NCBI GenBank assembly: GCA_021613535.1 | Contig: CP075492.1 | Span: forward strand, 7,068,001 to 7,132,000 | DNA length: 64,000 nucleotides | Reading direction: 5' to 3' | Origin: Adineta vaga | Taxonomy: Eukaryota > Animalia > Rotifera | In this document: positions 39,326 through 52,476 of the stretch, in pieces | Layout of the letters: each line of letters starts with the position of its first letter | Position numbering within the stretch: position 1 is the first letter of the stretch | Made by a program: the position numbers and the translations under genes | Notes under the pieces: generated by a model | Database searches by the model: none | What the model was told of the DNA's origin: nothing | What the model saw: only the letters and a program-made list of their open reading frames with translations

Positions 39326-40464
39326 TTATTCAAACCATTGTCTTGTTCGATGATGATCAAAAATAGTTGGATACGGTCTTTTATGTGCTTTTCCCCATTG
39401 AGATGGGTCAGGATAAGTAGTAATATTCCATTTTTTCGCCAGAATACTCATAATCGTTTGATCATGACGATGTACACGAAATTCTGGATAATTTTTACTT
39501 CCAAGAACGTTATCATCATCTGTAATTGCTCGACTGTCTTGTGCGTAGGTTAACCATTCTGAGACAAAAGCCATACTATTGAAACTTTTTTTAATTACTA
39601 GATAAGACGCAAGATTTCCCCATGTATCAGTATATTGTGGTGTATCAGCATTCAGAAGAATAAATGTATCTCGTTTAGACCATCCTTTTTCCTAAAACAG
39701 AATAGAGAATAAGAGACGTTTTTTTTCGTCATAATGCATTTCTATACTGAGTATTGGACATTTATTCTATAGTATATCATTCTTTTCTACTCTGACCGTT
39801 ATGGTTGACTATTCTTTTATTACTCTTTTTTGCGCTTGTATAAAAACAGATTGATCTATCGTACTAATTACGCATAAATTAACTCTCAAATAACGTCAAA
39901 TTTCTAGTCTCTTACATGAAAACCTGTTAGTTCGAATAAAACAATATCTTGCTTTGCAGTTAATTTTATTAAATGAGATATATTTGCAACGAAATTGACT
40001 AGTACGTCAGAATAAATAATAATATCGTCATCTCGTGCATAATAAAGTTCTTGAAAGAGTATATATGGTTTCCATAACCAATAACCAGCACCACGTTTTC
40101 TATCGAGAATATCTTTATTACGATTAACAAAAGTTGGATTATTATTTAAACTATTTTTATTATACATCACACATTGTTGAATACCATAGTTTATACCAGT
40201 TGCACAATTTGTTTCTTGTGATTTCCGACAACATCCATGAGCAAAATTAATCAGAAGAGGATAACAACGTTTTTCTATTAAATTACTTCCATGCATAACA
40301 ATTGATTGACATGAATTCGAAGCAGTATAAATTCGAGTTGTAATTGGGACTGATACATTGTTCTCAATGAACTTGCATTTTATCAGATATATTAGAAAAA
40401 AAATACTAGTAACTAAAACACATAATCCACGAGTAATAGAAGAAGTCGGTTTACGAGATAACAT
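39326..40464 (-). CDS. Type II membrane glycosyltransferase-like protein, microbial-type family, 2 exons
   Basis: N-terminal TM; RGAGYWLWKPYIL, DIIIYSD, EKGWSKRDTF, EWLTY, HRHDQTIMSIL; intron 39692-39915 joins in frame. Confidence 0.8.
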
Positions 40465-41818
40465 CGATGTTAATTTTCATATCTTGAGTAAAATTGCAAT
40501 TAAAAAACTATGACGGATGAAGAAATTTAAATAACTACATAGAGAAAAAAGAATATCATCGAGCGCACATGTTCATGTATTACTGCTTTTTTCAATTCTG
40601 TAATGGAAAAAGGTGCATACATTTATTGACAAAAAGACGGCTCTCATATGTGTACACAAATCCATGGTAACACCGTCTATAAAAATCATCTACCGTCGTC
40701 AATGCGTGATTTAGAATAGAATAAAACGTTTTTCAAAAGAAATCAAACAGGAGCAAAAAAATGTAATCATCACAAAGGAAACAAACTGAAAAGTAGGAGG
40801 ACACAACAGTGAAATATGTATTAGCCAGTCCCAGCTTCACAACGAATAACTTTTTCCATGTGTATCCATTGTTACAGGCATGTATACAAACATGCCTTCA
40901 CATACTCTTCTTCATCTGTTTCTCTTATCTTCGATACACATTCTTTTTCATATCGTTTCGAATAAACAGATTGAGATTCGTCTCTCGAGTGAAGACATCG
41001 CTAATATCCATTATTCATAATTATGCAAAAAAAATCTGTACTGTTGATCATTAGTTGAGTGTATACTTAACTAATGTGTCGACGAAGGAATTGTAATGGA
41101 AAGTTATTACATTTGAAGTATATTCTTGATGAATTTAATTATTCATATGAGAAAACGATCTGTTTGTTGTATAGTCATTTCATTTGAAATCGAGCGTACA
41201 TTTTGAGAGTCTTTTGTGAATAAAGATATAAATAGAAAAGCTTACAAAATGTCTGTAACGATGCGAGTAGATTTCGTTTTGAATAATATGACAAGTAGAT
41301 GTCACTTAACTTTCATATAGATAAGGTAAAGAACTGGACAATTCGTTTTTGTTGGATTTCGTTTTCCCCAATAGTAATGTTTCGTCCTTTTTAACTATTT
41401 ACGACTCAAAATGTGTACTTAGAGTTAATTTAGATCTATATCATTACATCAGAAATTAGGAATAAACTGGTCGAGCAATGTTCATGTAAGTAAAATTTAT
41501 GTTTTATATTTATTATCTTATAATTGAGCAAACGATCTTTCCTTTTGTTTTATAATTCCCATTCATAACCTTTCAAATCAAATAGTTGTAGAAAACAATT
41601 TGGTTTCGAAAAATTCTTTCTCTTCTTCTTGAAAAAAAAACGAATTCCATCAAACAAAAACAATAAAACTCCATTTGAAAAAAAAAACATCTTTACACGC
41701 ATATACAGAATAAAACGAATCTATCAGTTGTTTTTCTTCCTATCTAAATAAGCGAAACTCATCCTATTCTTTCGTCTGAGTTTTGTTTTATCTTTTACTG
41801 TTCACAGAAACACAAAAG

Positions 41819-43332
41819 TTAAATATCTGGTTTAATTGGTGGTAAAAGATGAACTCTTTTACAAGCTACCGCCGCCGCAACTGTTGCTGCTGGTGACGGA
41901 TGTGGACGATATCGATAACTACTACAACATCGTCCAAATGTACCATTCCATAATTCAATACGAAATTGTTTCGATCGATAAGCATACACAATTGGATTTA
42001 CTAAGGAATTCACGTTAGCTATTAGAATAAGAACATGAATAATAAGATTATTTTTAAAATCCATCCATGTATGACTTAATAAATAGATTAATAGTGGTAA
42101 CCAACAAACGTAAAATCCAACGAGAAGAACAAGTAATGTACGAAGTGCACGAAGACTACGACGAATATTTACACGAAAAAGACCTGTTCGTTCTCGACCA
42201 TCATGGGATCGTTCTGAAAAGAAAAACAATCGAATTTAACATTGAATAATCACAAAAAGTATATATTCATACGTAGTGTTGAACATGATAATGACGAGCA
42301 ATTATGTAATTTTCTTTTATTAGTTAATTGATCTTTTGGTGTTAATAATGTCATTGCTGTTGCTGGTTGTTCATAAATCGATGATGATGCATATTGTGTT
42401 CTTAAACGTTCAATTTTCATTAAATGATCTCGAGCAAGAAAAAATATTCGAACATAAATGTACAGAATAACAATTGCGGCAAGAAGACTAATTGTTGCAA
42501 ATAATGAACAATAACCTGTTGTAAATACTCGATGAATTAAACACGTATTTGGTAAACATAAACCTTGTTTGGATGATGAACATCGTTTCATTTTATTCCA
42601 TCCAAATAATGGAAGAAGACCGACTAAGATCGATATTAACCATAAACTTGATATCCATAATAGACAACGACGTTTTGTAATAATCTTTTGATATGAATAC
42701 GGTTTAAATATATAAATATATTTATCAATAGATATTGATAATAGAATTGATACTGACATTAACATACCGGACATAATAAAAGCATAAGCAATTAAACATA
42801 TATGATAATTATTTCGTATGAGATTTAAACGTGTTAATAAAATTGAATTATAATTTACAACAGCATATTCAACAAGAATATTCATGACGCATGGATAGAG
42901 AAATGAACAACCGCTGAGAAAATCTGCAATGGATAAATTTAATAAGAAGATATTTGTTATAAATGAACGTAATTTAATTGATTTTAATATTGTTAATGTA
43001 ACAATTGTATTTAAGATAATCACAAGTAGAGATAAGATTATTCCAATAATGAATAGAATAAATTTTCGTCGTACTTCATTGGAATATTTTTCACATTCAT
43101 TATGATTCATTGTTTCAATGTAACGACGAAAATAATTTACTAATGGATCAATCGTTGTCGAAAGATTTGCATTAGTCGATAATGTTGGAGCATAGAGAAC
43201 TTCACATTGTGCAACTGTAAGAAGATGACAGATACGAGCATTGAATAATAAAAATGTGTATGTGTTTGTATGACGTTTTTGTAATGAGACAAGTTGATTA
43301 TATTCGATGAGATTTAACGTACAATTATTCAT
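41819..43332 (-). CDS. Class A GPCR (adenosine/melanocortin-like motifs), 2 exons
   Basis: NLSIADFL, SIDKY, LPLFGWN, CWLP, NSLVNPIVY. Confidence 0.9.
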
Positions 43333-43954
43333 AATTTCGTTTCGTATTCGTCTTGCTTGAGAGTTGACCTGTTGACGCGTCACGTACGACCATATGATAG
43401 TGATGACAGTAGTATATAGCTTAAATATCTTACATCTGCCGTTCGAACGTTGAAGGAGGAGTCATGAATGAATAAAGAATGAAGATATATACATTTAGAG
43501 ATACATGCACATACACGACAAACTTTTCTTACTCGCAAAAAGTTAGTCGACCGGAGCTTGTCTTTTGTTTCGAGTATCACGTCTCAATGAAAAATGATGA
43601 AGAAGAAGAAGAAGGAGAAAGAGGATTGTTTATTTTTCTTGCCTTTTTTTCGTTTGATAATTGAGCACAAACGATCGTTAACTCATGGCGAATGTTTTAT
43701 ATATCTATCTATGTATGTGTGTGTATGCGTGTGCATGATTGCATAAATCAATAAAATCATTTTGCCAATGGGACAAAAGTCAGCTGTAGAGAAAAGTCAA
43801 AGGGGAGTGGTGAGAGACACTATGGCTGACAAGATTAAACTATACACTTATGTTCATATTCATTCACATGAATAGATTTAATTAAATTTAATTATAAAAT
43901 TAAGAAAAACAACTATTTCTTTCTAATTCTTATAGATGGTTGTAATTAATTAGC

Positions 43955-44893
43955 ATGAGTTCTACACATGCATCGTCATCAATACCTTTTAATTCGATGA
44001 CATCTCGACCAAATTCCATAGTATCATCATCATCATTATCATCATACAAAAGGAGACATCATTCACCTGAATACATAGCAGGATTTCTTTCTTCAGCAAC
44101 AAATCTTATTCTAACATATCCTGTCAATAAATTAATTTTTCGACAACAAATTTATCGATTAAAAACACTTGATGCATATCAACAATTAAAACATGAAGGT
44201 CTTTCAATTTTATATCGTGGTATGTCCTTACCTTTATTACAGAAAACATTTTCATTAAGTATTATGTTTGGTACCAATTCTCATTATTTACATATATTTC
44301 AATCATTTTCAAGAAAAAATCAATGGTATCATCAACCATTAGCATCAGCTTTAGCTGGAAGTACTGAAGCTATTCTTACGCCATTAGAACGTACACAAGT
44401 TTTATTACAAACACCAAAATATAATCATTTAATTCGTAATGGTTTTCATGCATTTGTTTTAATGTATAAACATTATGGTATTACTGAATATTATCGTGGT
44501 TTAACTCTTATTCTAATACGTAATAGTATATCAAATATAATCTTTTTTGCTTGTCGAAAGCCGATTAAAGATTTTCTTCCTCAAACATCATCTCATATGC
44601 AACATTCTTTGTATGATTTCTTTACTGGTGGTTTACTCGGTGCACTTTTATCAACATTTATCTATCCATTGAATGTTTTAAAAAATGTTCAACAATCTGA
44701 ACTTGGTGGTCGATATGATCGTCCCATGTATATCTTTCGTTCTGTTTATAAACAACGTGGTAATTCGATAAAAGAATTTTATATTGGTGCAAAATGGAAT
44801 TTTGTTCGTAGTCTTGTATCGTGGGGTATTATTAATAGTACATATGAATATTATTTAACATTAATCGGAAAATCTATACATGATGGTGATTAA
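43955..44893 (+). CDS. SLC25A51: Mitochondrial carrier SLC25A51/MCART1-like (NAD+ transporter), intronless
   Basis: YPVNKLIFRQQ, PLLQKT..SIMFG, EAILTPLERTQVLLQ, EYYRGL..ILIRN, YPLNVLK, SWGIIN. Confidence 0.9.
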   Translation: MSSTHASSSIPFNSMTSRPNSIVSSSSLSSYKRRHHSPEYIAGFLSSATNLILTYPVNKLIFRQQIYRLKTLDAYQQLKHEGLSILYRGMSLPLLQKTFSLSIMFGTNSHYLHIFQSFSRKNQWYHQPLASALAGSTEAILTPLERTQVLLQTPKYNHLIRNGFHAFVLMYKHYGITEYYRGLTLILIRNSISNIIFFACRKPIKDFLPQTSSHMQHSLYDFFTGGLLGALLSTFIYPLNVLKNVQQSELGGRYDRPMYIFRSVYKQRGNSIKEFYIGAKWNFVRSLVSWGIINSTYEYYLTLIGKSIHDGD

Positions 44894-45107
44894 TCTTGTT
44901 CTCCGAAAATAACTCTAATCTCTTCAAGCAATCAAAAAGAAATTAATTTTTTGAATGTATTTATCTGTTTTTTTTGTATTTGACGATTACCTGTGTTTCT
45001 TCTTCTTCTTCTTCTTTTGTTCGAAGTTAGTAAAATGTAAAAAAAAAACAAAGAAAACTTGTATAATAACAGAAATAAATTATATGTTCATTATCTACAT
45101 TGAATAA

Positions 45108-45956
45108 CTAATAGAAACGAACTGAAAAAGAAAAAAGTATGATAGAAAAAATTCGATAAAATCCTTCCCGTTCTTTCTTTGCATGATTATTTATAGCTTT
45201 TTTTCCATATGCATAATCTCTTGATATATCTCTTATCTTTAGTAATATAGCCCTATGATCATTGCAATTATCAACATTACAGTTAACTAAATCATGGGTT
45301 GAATCAAGTTGAATTGTATAAGGTAATGGACAAATAAATTCGACATAAATACTCAGATTATTGTCGACTTTACATTCTTGTTTTAATTGTTTTGAATATG
45401 ATGTACAGATTTTATTTTGATCAGTTGTCATTGGACATCGTATATTTGTTTCACTATTGCTATCATAACAGACGAGCGTTTTCGGTTGAATATCAGAATA
45501 TATCAATGATTTTAATTGATTCAATGGATTGATCTGTTTGCGATATTTCTGAAAGAGATTTTTGATTTTTATCAATGCACATTCAGTATTATTTGTACAA
45601 TATATATCAGCAATGATTTGTGTTTCTTCAATTTTAGGATTGATAATTACTTGATACTTTATAAGATTCAGTAGACCATGTGCTTCGATTTGATTTTCAT
45701 AATCTTGTTCATTAGCATCAGCAATTTTACCCAAGGTATAATTGATATATTTTGGATACGTTTTATCATTGTAATAAGCCACGACTCGTCCTTTACATAT
45801 GTTAGTTGATGAATCATTCGTACAGGAATATTTAGTTGATGGTTCAACGAATGAAGAAGATCGTTTGGTTTGAATAGTTGAACAACTTTTCGAACAGAAT
45901 AATTCGAAACTTGATGAAACAAAGCCAAAAAGAATAAAGAAAACGATAGGATTCAT
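45108..45956 (-). CDS. Secreted or surface Cys-rich hypothetical protein
   Basis: Signal peptide, more than 12 Cys, CNVDNCN motif, hydrophobic C-terminus (possible GPI signal). Confidence 0.75.
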   Translation of the reverse strand: MNPIVFFILFGFVSSSFELFCSKSCSTIQTKRSSSFVEPSTKYSCTNDSSTNICKGRVVAYYNDKTYPKYINYTLGKIADANEQDYENQIEAHGLLNLIKYQVIINPKIEETQIIADIYCTNNTECALIKIKNLFQKYRKQINPLNQLKSLIYSDIQPKTLVCYDSNSETNIRCPMTTDQNKICTSYSKQLKQECKVDNNLSIYVEFICPLPYTIQLDSTHDLVNCNVDNCNDHRAILLKIRDISRDYAYGKKAINNHAKKEREGFYRIFSIILFSFSVRFY

Positions 45957-47037
45957 TGCTATTCGTGTAATTATCTAGAAAAGAAATGATATTTTCTTTG
46001 TGATAAATCGTATCAGAAAGAATGTCTATGAAAAATACTAACACGTACAAAACTCATTCATTGTCAATAGAATAAAGACGTGTAGTACGCCTGCTTATCA
46101 TGTTAGACAAAACTGTTTGATCATAAAATGAAAAAAGGATATACAATTATGAATCGAGTGCATTATTTCAGAAGCCATTCTTAGTATTGAAAACAAACAA
46201 TTTGATCGCTGGATCATATACACAAAAGTTGTTTTAGTTTGTAAAGAATTGTTGAATGTGTTCACTTCTAGAACTGAAGACTTTTTTTCTCTGTATTAAA
46301 AATGAAAACTTACGATGTGAAGGATCATAAACCACAAATGATAGTTAAACTATCGTGAAAGAGAGATTTATATATGAGCATTCATGCATGACATTCATTG
46401 ACAACAAATAAATGAATTTCAATTTCAATTTCGTCGAGTAATATTATCATCTATAGATAAACTTTCGTGGGATAAATTGGACTATCAAAGACAAATGTTT
46501 GTTATTTCATATTTATAGACACTTTATCATAGATACATAAACAATGTTCGACTTCGTGATAGTTATTTTTAGCAACATATACGAAATAATCATTTTCCTA
46601 AATTATACATTACCTTTACTCCACCCACAATGTGATAGAAGGAGTGTATAGCATTGAACACTCCCTTTTTCTCGCATTTTTCAAACTAATCATTATCTAT
46701 CATCAGTCAATTAGAATGTCATAGTAAATAATCAATCGGTTCAGATATTCTAATCTTTATATATATATATATATATTCGTGGAACACAAACACTTGTTCA
46801 TGTTTCACGAAAACAAAACGGAAAAAAAGAAACAAATGTACAGGAAATCACATACATACAATGACAAATTAAACATTAGGTTTTTTAGAAAAAAGAAATG
46901 TTCTTATGTGTAATCTAGAAACGAGATGATTCATTTGTCTATTATACGCTTCGTATTGACTAGTAAAACAATGCCCGTTGTAACAGCGACATAGGTTCGG
47001 AATTGCTCTGATTGAAGACGTTGTCGAAATCGATTAA

Positions 47038-48142
47038 TTAAAAAGACGTCTTCGCTTTTGTATGACGTTTTTGGTGTTTTGCAAGATGATCACTGCGCAT
47101 AAACGCCTTTTGACAAAATGAACAAACATGCTTCTTTTCACCAGTATGTGTTCGTCGATGACGACTTAATTCATCCGATCTTGCGAATGTTTTATCACAA
47201 CCTGGCCATGAACATGTAAATGGTTTTTCACCTAAAAGAAGAAAGCAAAAAAAGATTTTTTAATCCTGTAGACAAAACCATACACTTTTAGGTACGGTCG
47301 ACCTTCAAAGTTTTTATAGTAAAGATAAATATATCGCTCTCTTCTGTTTTCTTTTTCCTTCCTTGAGAATATATTTTCTTTCTTTTTTACGCTATAGTAA
47401 CACTATTTTGATTAAACTAACAAAAAAACATCAACAAATCTTACCAGTATGCAAGCGAATGTGCGCTTTGAGATGTGATGATTTAAAATATGATTTCGTA
47501 CAACCAGGATATGTGCAAACATGATTTTTCTTTCGAATTGGGGTTGGTTTTGATATAGATATATTATTTTCAGATGTAGATGGAGGAAGAAATGTTGTTT
47601 TAGCAACGGGAACATATTCACCGTTGACATTAACATAAAGAATGTGAAATTGTTGACTGTGATTATTGGGTGATGGCAATGATTGACTATCATCAATCGA
47701 TGGTAAGAATGGGGATCTACAAGGAGTTGATGGTGATTCCGAAGAACATTCATCAGATGGTGATGATGATGACATTGAATTCGATCGTTTTAATGAAGAT
47801 AGATTGTCGAATGTTGGTACGGGTGTTTGTAATGGCTCACTAATATACTAAAAAAAAACACCAGAAAATAGATGATCGAATCTAGACTATGATCAATGAA
47901 GTCTTACCGGTCGAAATTTTGGATGAAGTTTTCTAGGTTTTTCTTGTGTTGAACGAATTGAAAGTAATAATTCAGCATCTTGAACGCTGGTAGAAGGATA
48001 CTGAAATATATCATGTAATATTTTACATCAGTTTTCTGAATTATATTTCACTTACATTCATTTCTGTTTTGAAATTATCGATATCAAATTGATTCGATTG
48101 TGAATACATTATTGTATTTATACTTGGTAAATTTTGTTTCAT
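47038..48142 (-). CDS. Kruppel-like factor, KLF10/11 (TIEG/cabut) type, 4 exons
   Basis: SID-like DAELLLSI; three C2H2 fingers: [18 protein letters not shown]|[29 protein letters not shown]...[10 protein letters not shown]. Confidence 0.92.
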
Positions 48143-49443
48143 AGTTGTCTCAAAAGTAGCTGATGCAATGGAAGTAGTATTTGAATCATAAGTACACTTC
48201 TGATTCTTTCTTTTTCTGCGTATAGATTCCGATGTACAACTAACTTTTATGTGTGTCTGAACCGTGTACACAGTCAAAATAGGCAACTCAAGTACAATCA
48301 CGCTAAGAGCGCGTGATCACATCTATAGTCAGCCATCGATCACGCCGTGTAGTTGTGTAGAGAGAAAGAAAAAAATATACATTAGATCATATTCCACTGT
48401 TGATGGGAACAGAACAGAACACACCCCTTCATGGTAGAGGTGTGCGGAAAAGAAAAAAGATAGTAAAGAGCATGCGCTCGCTTTATGATCCGACAGGCGG
48501 AAGAATAACTTACTGACGATAGAAATGCATTGTCAAAGAGAAAAAAGAAAAGCGAAGAGAAGAAATAGTTTGCACTTTGACATATAGTTTAAATCACGAG
48601 TTATAAACATGCAATTTAAATGGACTTTCGAATCAAAATAAGAATGAAGACATCTATATCTCTTTTTTCTATCTAATTCATTGATCACATCGCCGTGAAT
48701 ATTATTTCATGTTCCTTTTACGAAATGTCCTTATCGAAAGAAAGAAAAACATGCCGAGTGCTTATCGAACAGTAAACACACACACACACACACAATTCGA
48801 CATGGAATTAGTCATAGGTTAATTTTATCTCGTAGAATGTCGTAAAACTTCTTTCTTTGTTCGTTTCGAAGAACGAAAAAAAAAGATTCATATAATAGAA
48901 CGATTACAAGTGCTTTTTATGGTTTTCGAAATGAAAGAAAAAAAAGTCACACCCATTCTAAGGTCGCATGTACCGCACCTTAATCGTTGCATTTTTTCAA
49001 AACTTCATTTACAGCACAAATTTTCGTATGATTGATTCATCAGTTATATATCTGTTGCATGACTTTGGACGGTGTGATAGATACAAAAAATGTTAAGCAT
49101 GCGCTTTATCTCTTTGACGAATAATAATAGATGAATATTTGTCCCTCTTTATACTTTACTATTTTTATCTCTATTAGCATGATATACATTATCATGCAAA
49201 ATGCTTTCACATCAATCGCTATCTAAATGTATATAAATGACATAGTTGAAAACACATGTTTCTTTTTATTGTAATTCATCATTCGTCAGCTTTGAAGGTG
49301 TCACGATTGTAATGATGACAGTGCAAAAAAATAGAATAAAACATTTTTTTATATACTTTGTTTCATGACAATGCATATCTGAAGTAACTTTACATTTGTT
49401 ATGAAAGAAGATTGAATTTAAAACGAGAATTCAAATCTAGTGT

Positions 49444-49917
49444 TTATTGTATTGGTTTAGATATACCATTGTAGAAAAGATGAAGTTGAGAAAGTTGATA
49501 ACGAATTGTTTGATTTTCAAATGCTAAACGCGAATTTTCTTGTTGTAAAAATTGGGCACGATCTTGTATTTCTTGTTCTTTCATTCTTCGTGTATCACGT
49601 GAACGTTTTGCAGATTCATTATTACGTGCACGTTTGTCATAATAACTTTCATCTTTTTCTTCAACTGGAACAAGACGTGGACGTCTCTTCATAGGAATAC
49701 CTGACGTACTTCTTGTTTCATTGAACGAATTAGATAGAAGTTCACGATGTTGATTTTCATCCGATTTGCTTTGATTTAAATAAATTGATGATGATAAATC
49801 TAGACGACTGGTATTGTAATCATTCTCCACAGATACTTGTGTTAGATGATTATGTACAGAAGATAAAACTGATGGATAATCATTTGAATGTTGAATATAA
49901 CATGCAGTAGAATGCAT
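49444..49917 (-). CDS. PAR-type bZIP transcription factor
   Basis: VPVEEKDESYYDKRARNNESAKRSRDTRRMKE followed by a leucine zipper. Confidence 0.9.
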   Translation of the reverse strand: MHSTACYIQHSNDYPSVLSSVHNHLTQVSVENDYNTSRLDLSSSIYLNQSKSDENQHRELLSNSFNETRSTSGIPMKRRPRLVPVEEKDESYYDKRARNNESAKRSRDTRRMKEQEIQDRAQFLQQENSRLAFENQTIRYQLSQLHLFYNGISKPIQ

Positions 49918-50685
49918 CCTTCAAGAAACGATTGTTGATGCTGATTGAAGTTAAAATCAATGTGTTAAATATTATTTCGATAATGTGAAAGAGATGAGAG
50001 AGATAGAGAGAAGAAGAGAGGGAGAGATTTTCTTGTTTCTCTGGGAAATGATATATCGATTATAATTGGTTGAAATACGAAATATTCAAATAAATTGATT
50101 ATATAATCACCAAACTAACCGACAAAAAGGATAAAGCATAGAAAATGAACTGCACCGATTGAGCTGGTGTTATTGTAGATCACACTTTCCTATTCATTAC
50201 TAGCGTTACATATAGACTTGGGAATAATGAATTGAGTCATCTTTCACAGAACAAATTTTTGAGCACAGACTGAACCAAAAACATCAGATATAGACTACGA
50301 ATAATTTCATTTCTAATACCTTTCCATCCATAAATAAATGTTAGATAATATGTGAAAGCAAAATAAAAGCTTAGACATTCTGATCATTTCATATATATAT
50401 ATATATATGTCTAATGAGATAATTGACTAGCATTTTCTCTTCCTCCAGAATGTATTTGTTGAATACAATGTCGAAAATTTATTTATCGTTGAACAAAAAA
50501 AGAAAGGTCTGTTAAAATGTTATCAACATTCATTATTTTATCTCGAAAGATTGGTTTGTTTCTTGAATAAAAAACTTCAATATAATCTTTTAGTTGAATA
50601 AAAAATAAGAAAAAAAAACGGTTGAGGGATCTATTCACAAGTGTACAGAAAAAGGAGTGTTTTTCACTACGGACGGAATGAATGA

Positions 50686-52235
50686 TTAACGTGGCATTGG
50701 TGTGATTACAGTACCAGCAGAAAATGGTGTGCTTTGTGGCGATGGTGAACATGGTAGACGATTGGTTTTTCTATCATGATTAAAATATCAAAGAATTATA
50801 AGAAGAAAACATATTTTTAAATTACTTTAAATGAATTTGATTCAGATTATTTTCATCCGTTGATTCATGACAAATTTTATTAATCTCAGCACGTCGTATT
50901 TGTAATTGATTCCGTGTTAATTTAATGGGTGATGGTGGTGTTAAAATCGGTAATGTTACACTAGTTGTTTTACTGGATAGAAATGATTGATCAAAATAAC
51001 TTGTATTATTATTACTTAATATCGTATTACGTAAACAGCTTATGATTTCTCCATCCGCTAACATTCGTCCATGTTGAGATTTATGTTCATGTGCACGTAA
51101 ATATCGATAGACATTGATAATACCTTCGTCGGTTTTACATTTTAATAGAATACATATACGAGTACCATCTCTATCATACTGAATACTCGGTATAGAGATA
51201 GATCAAAGAAAACATGATTTATGAAAATACTTACAACAGTAGCACGTAAACGTTTATTTAAAACAAGTTGTTTAAATGTTAAACGAATTGTATCAGAAAA
51301 AGTTGGTTTTACTGCCTCACTGAAAATACATTCAACAGTCTAAATAATAATCGAATCTTATTGATAAACTCAACGAGAAAATGTTTTACTTTGAAAGGAA
51401 ATAAATAGAATTGTTCTGGTAACCATTTTAATTGTGAAACATTAACATATAATGATGAACCATAATCGACAAGTCGAACACGAGCACTTGGTTGTGTCGT
51501 TATTGTTGGTCCTTCACTTTTTGACACAACTAATGCTCGATGCCAAGATGTTTCATAATGTAATGCAACTAATTGACCGACATAAACTTGTTTGAGAGAT
51601 TGATAACTAACAGCAATTAAGGAAAGTATATCAATAAACTGACGAAATTTACGTTCATTTTCATGAGATAATTCTCGTTCAACCCAGAATTCACCATCAC
51701 TAGTTAAAATATCTTTTACTGTACAATAGAATTTCGCACCTAAACAAAATATTTTCAATAGATTGTTTGTTTCGAATTTCAAAAGAAAAATACCATTAGT
51801 AAATCTAAATGGTTCACCTTCAAGTGTACATAAATCTGGTAAACGTTGTTCAATTAAAAATTGAAGATCTTCAGTAATATCATTATCTTCAATTGGACTT
51901 GGTTGATTTCGATTATAATTCCTACAAGAGAATATTCGTAATAATGATTGGTGCCAACTAAAACATTCTACAAACGGTGTATATATTATTTGTTCAATAG
52001 ATGAAGTATAGGATGAAGTCGATGGAGGTAACATTGGAGAAATGATCTTCTTCGATAATGATGATTGTTGGGAAGATAATTCATAGTGTTGGGGAGTCGT
52101 ATTTGTTAAGGGAGGATCATTTAATATATTCACAGTTTTACTTGTAATATATTTTCGAATTTTTTCATCGAATTTCGATTCTGTGGGACGATTTTGATCG
52201 AGAGAAAACATATCTTTTTTTACATCACCAGCCAT
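50686..52235 (-). CDS. Tudor domain protein, multi-exon
   Basis: VGQLVALHYETSWHRALV...VRLVDYGSS..V..SQLKWLPEQF..FPF extended Tudor domain; start and last exon inferred. Confidence 0.8.
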
Positions 52236-52476
52236 TTTAGCAAGTTTATGACGTAGATTTCTTATAGGATTTTCATATTTCTGAGAGAAAGATATAAATT
52301 CAAACAAAGCAATGAAGTTCTTTGTATATCTAGAGATTTATTGGTTTAAATTTTAAGCACATTCTATTTTCGATTCTTTCTTCTTAACGAATCATCATAT
52401 ATATTCAAAACGTTTTCATATAAAGATGTCCCTTTATATGAATATGTGATAATGATTAGAATTGTTTTAAAAACAA

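Noticed and set aside
50483-50752. 89-aa ORF MFTIATKH...
   Set aside because: Splice phase indicates the Tudor gene's last exon uses a different frame, ending ...TPMPR* at 50686.
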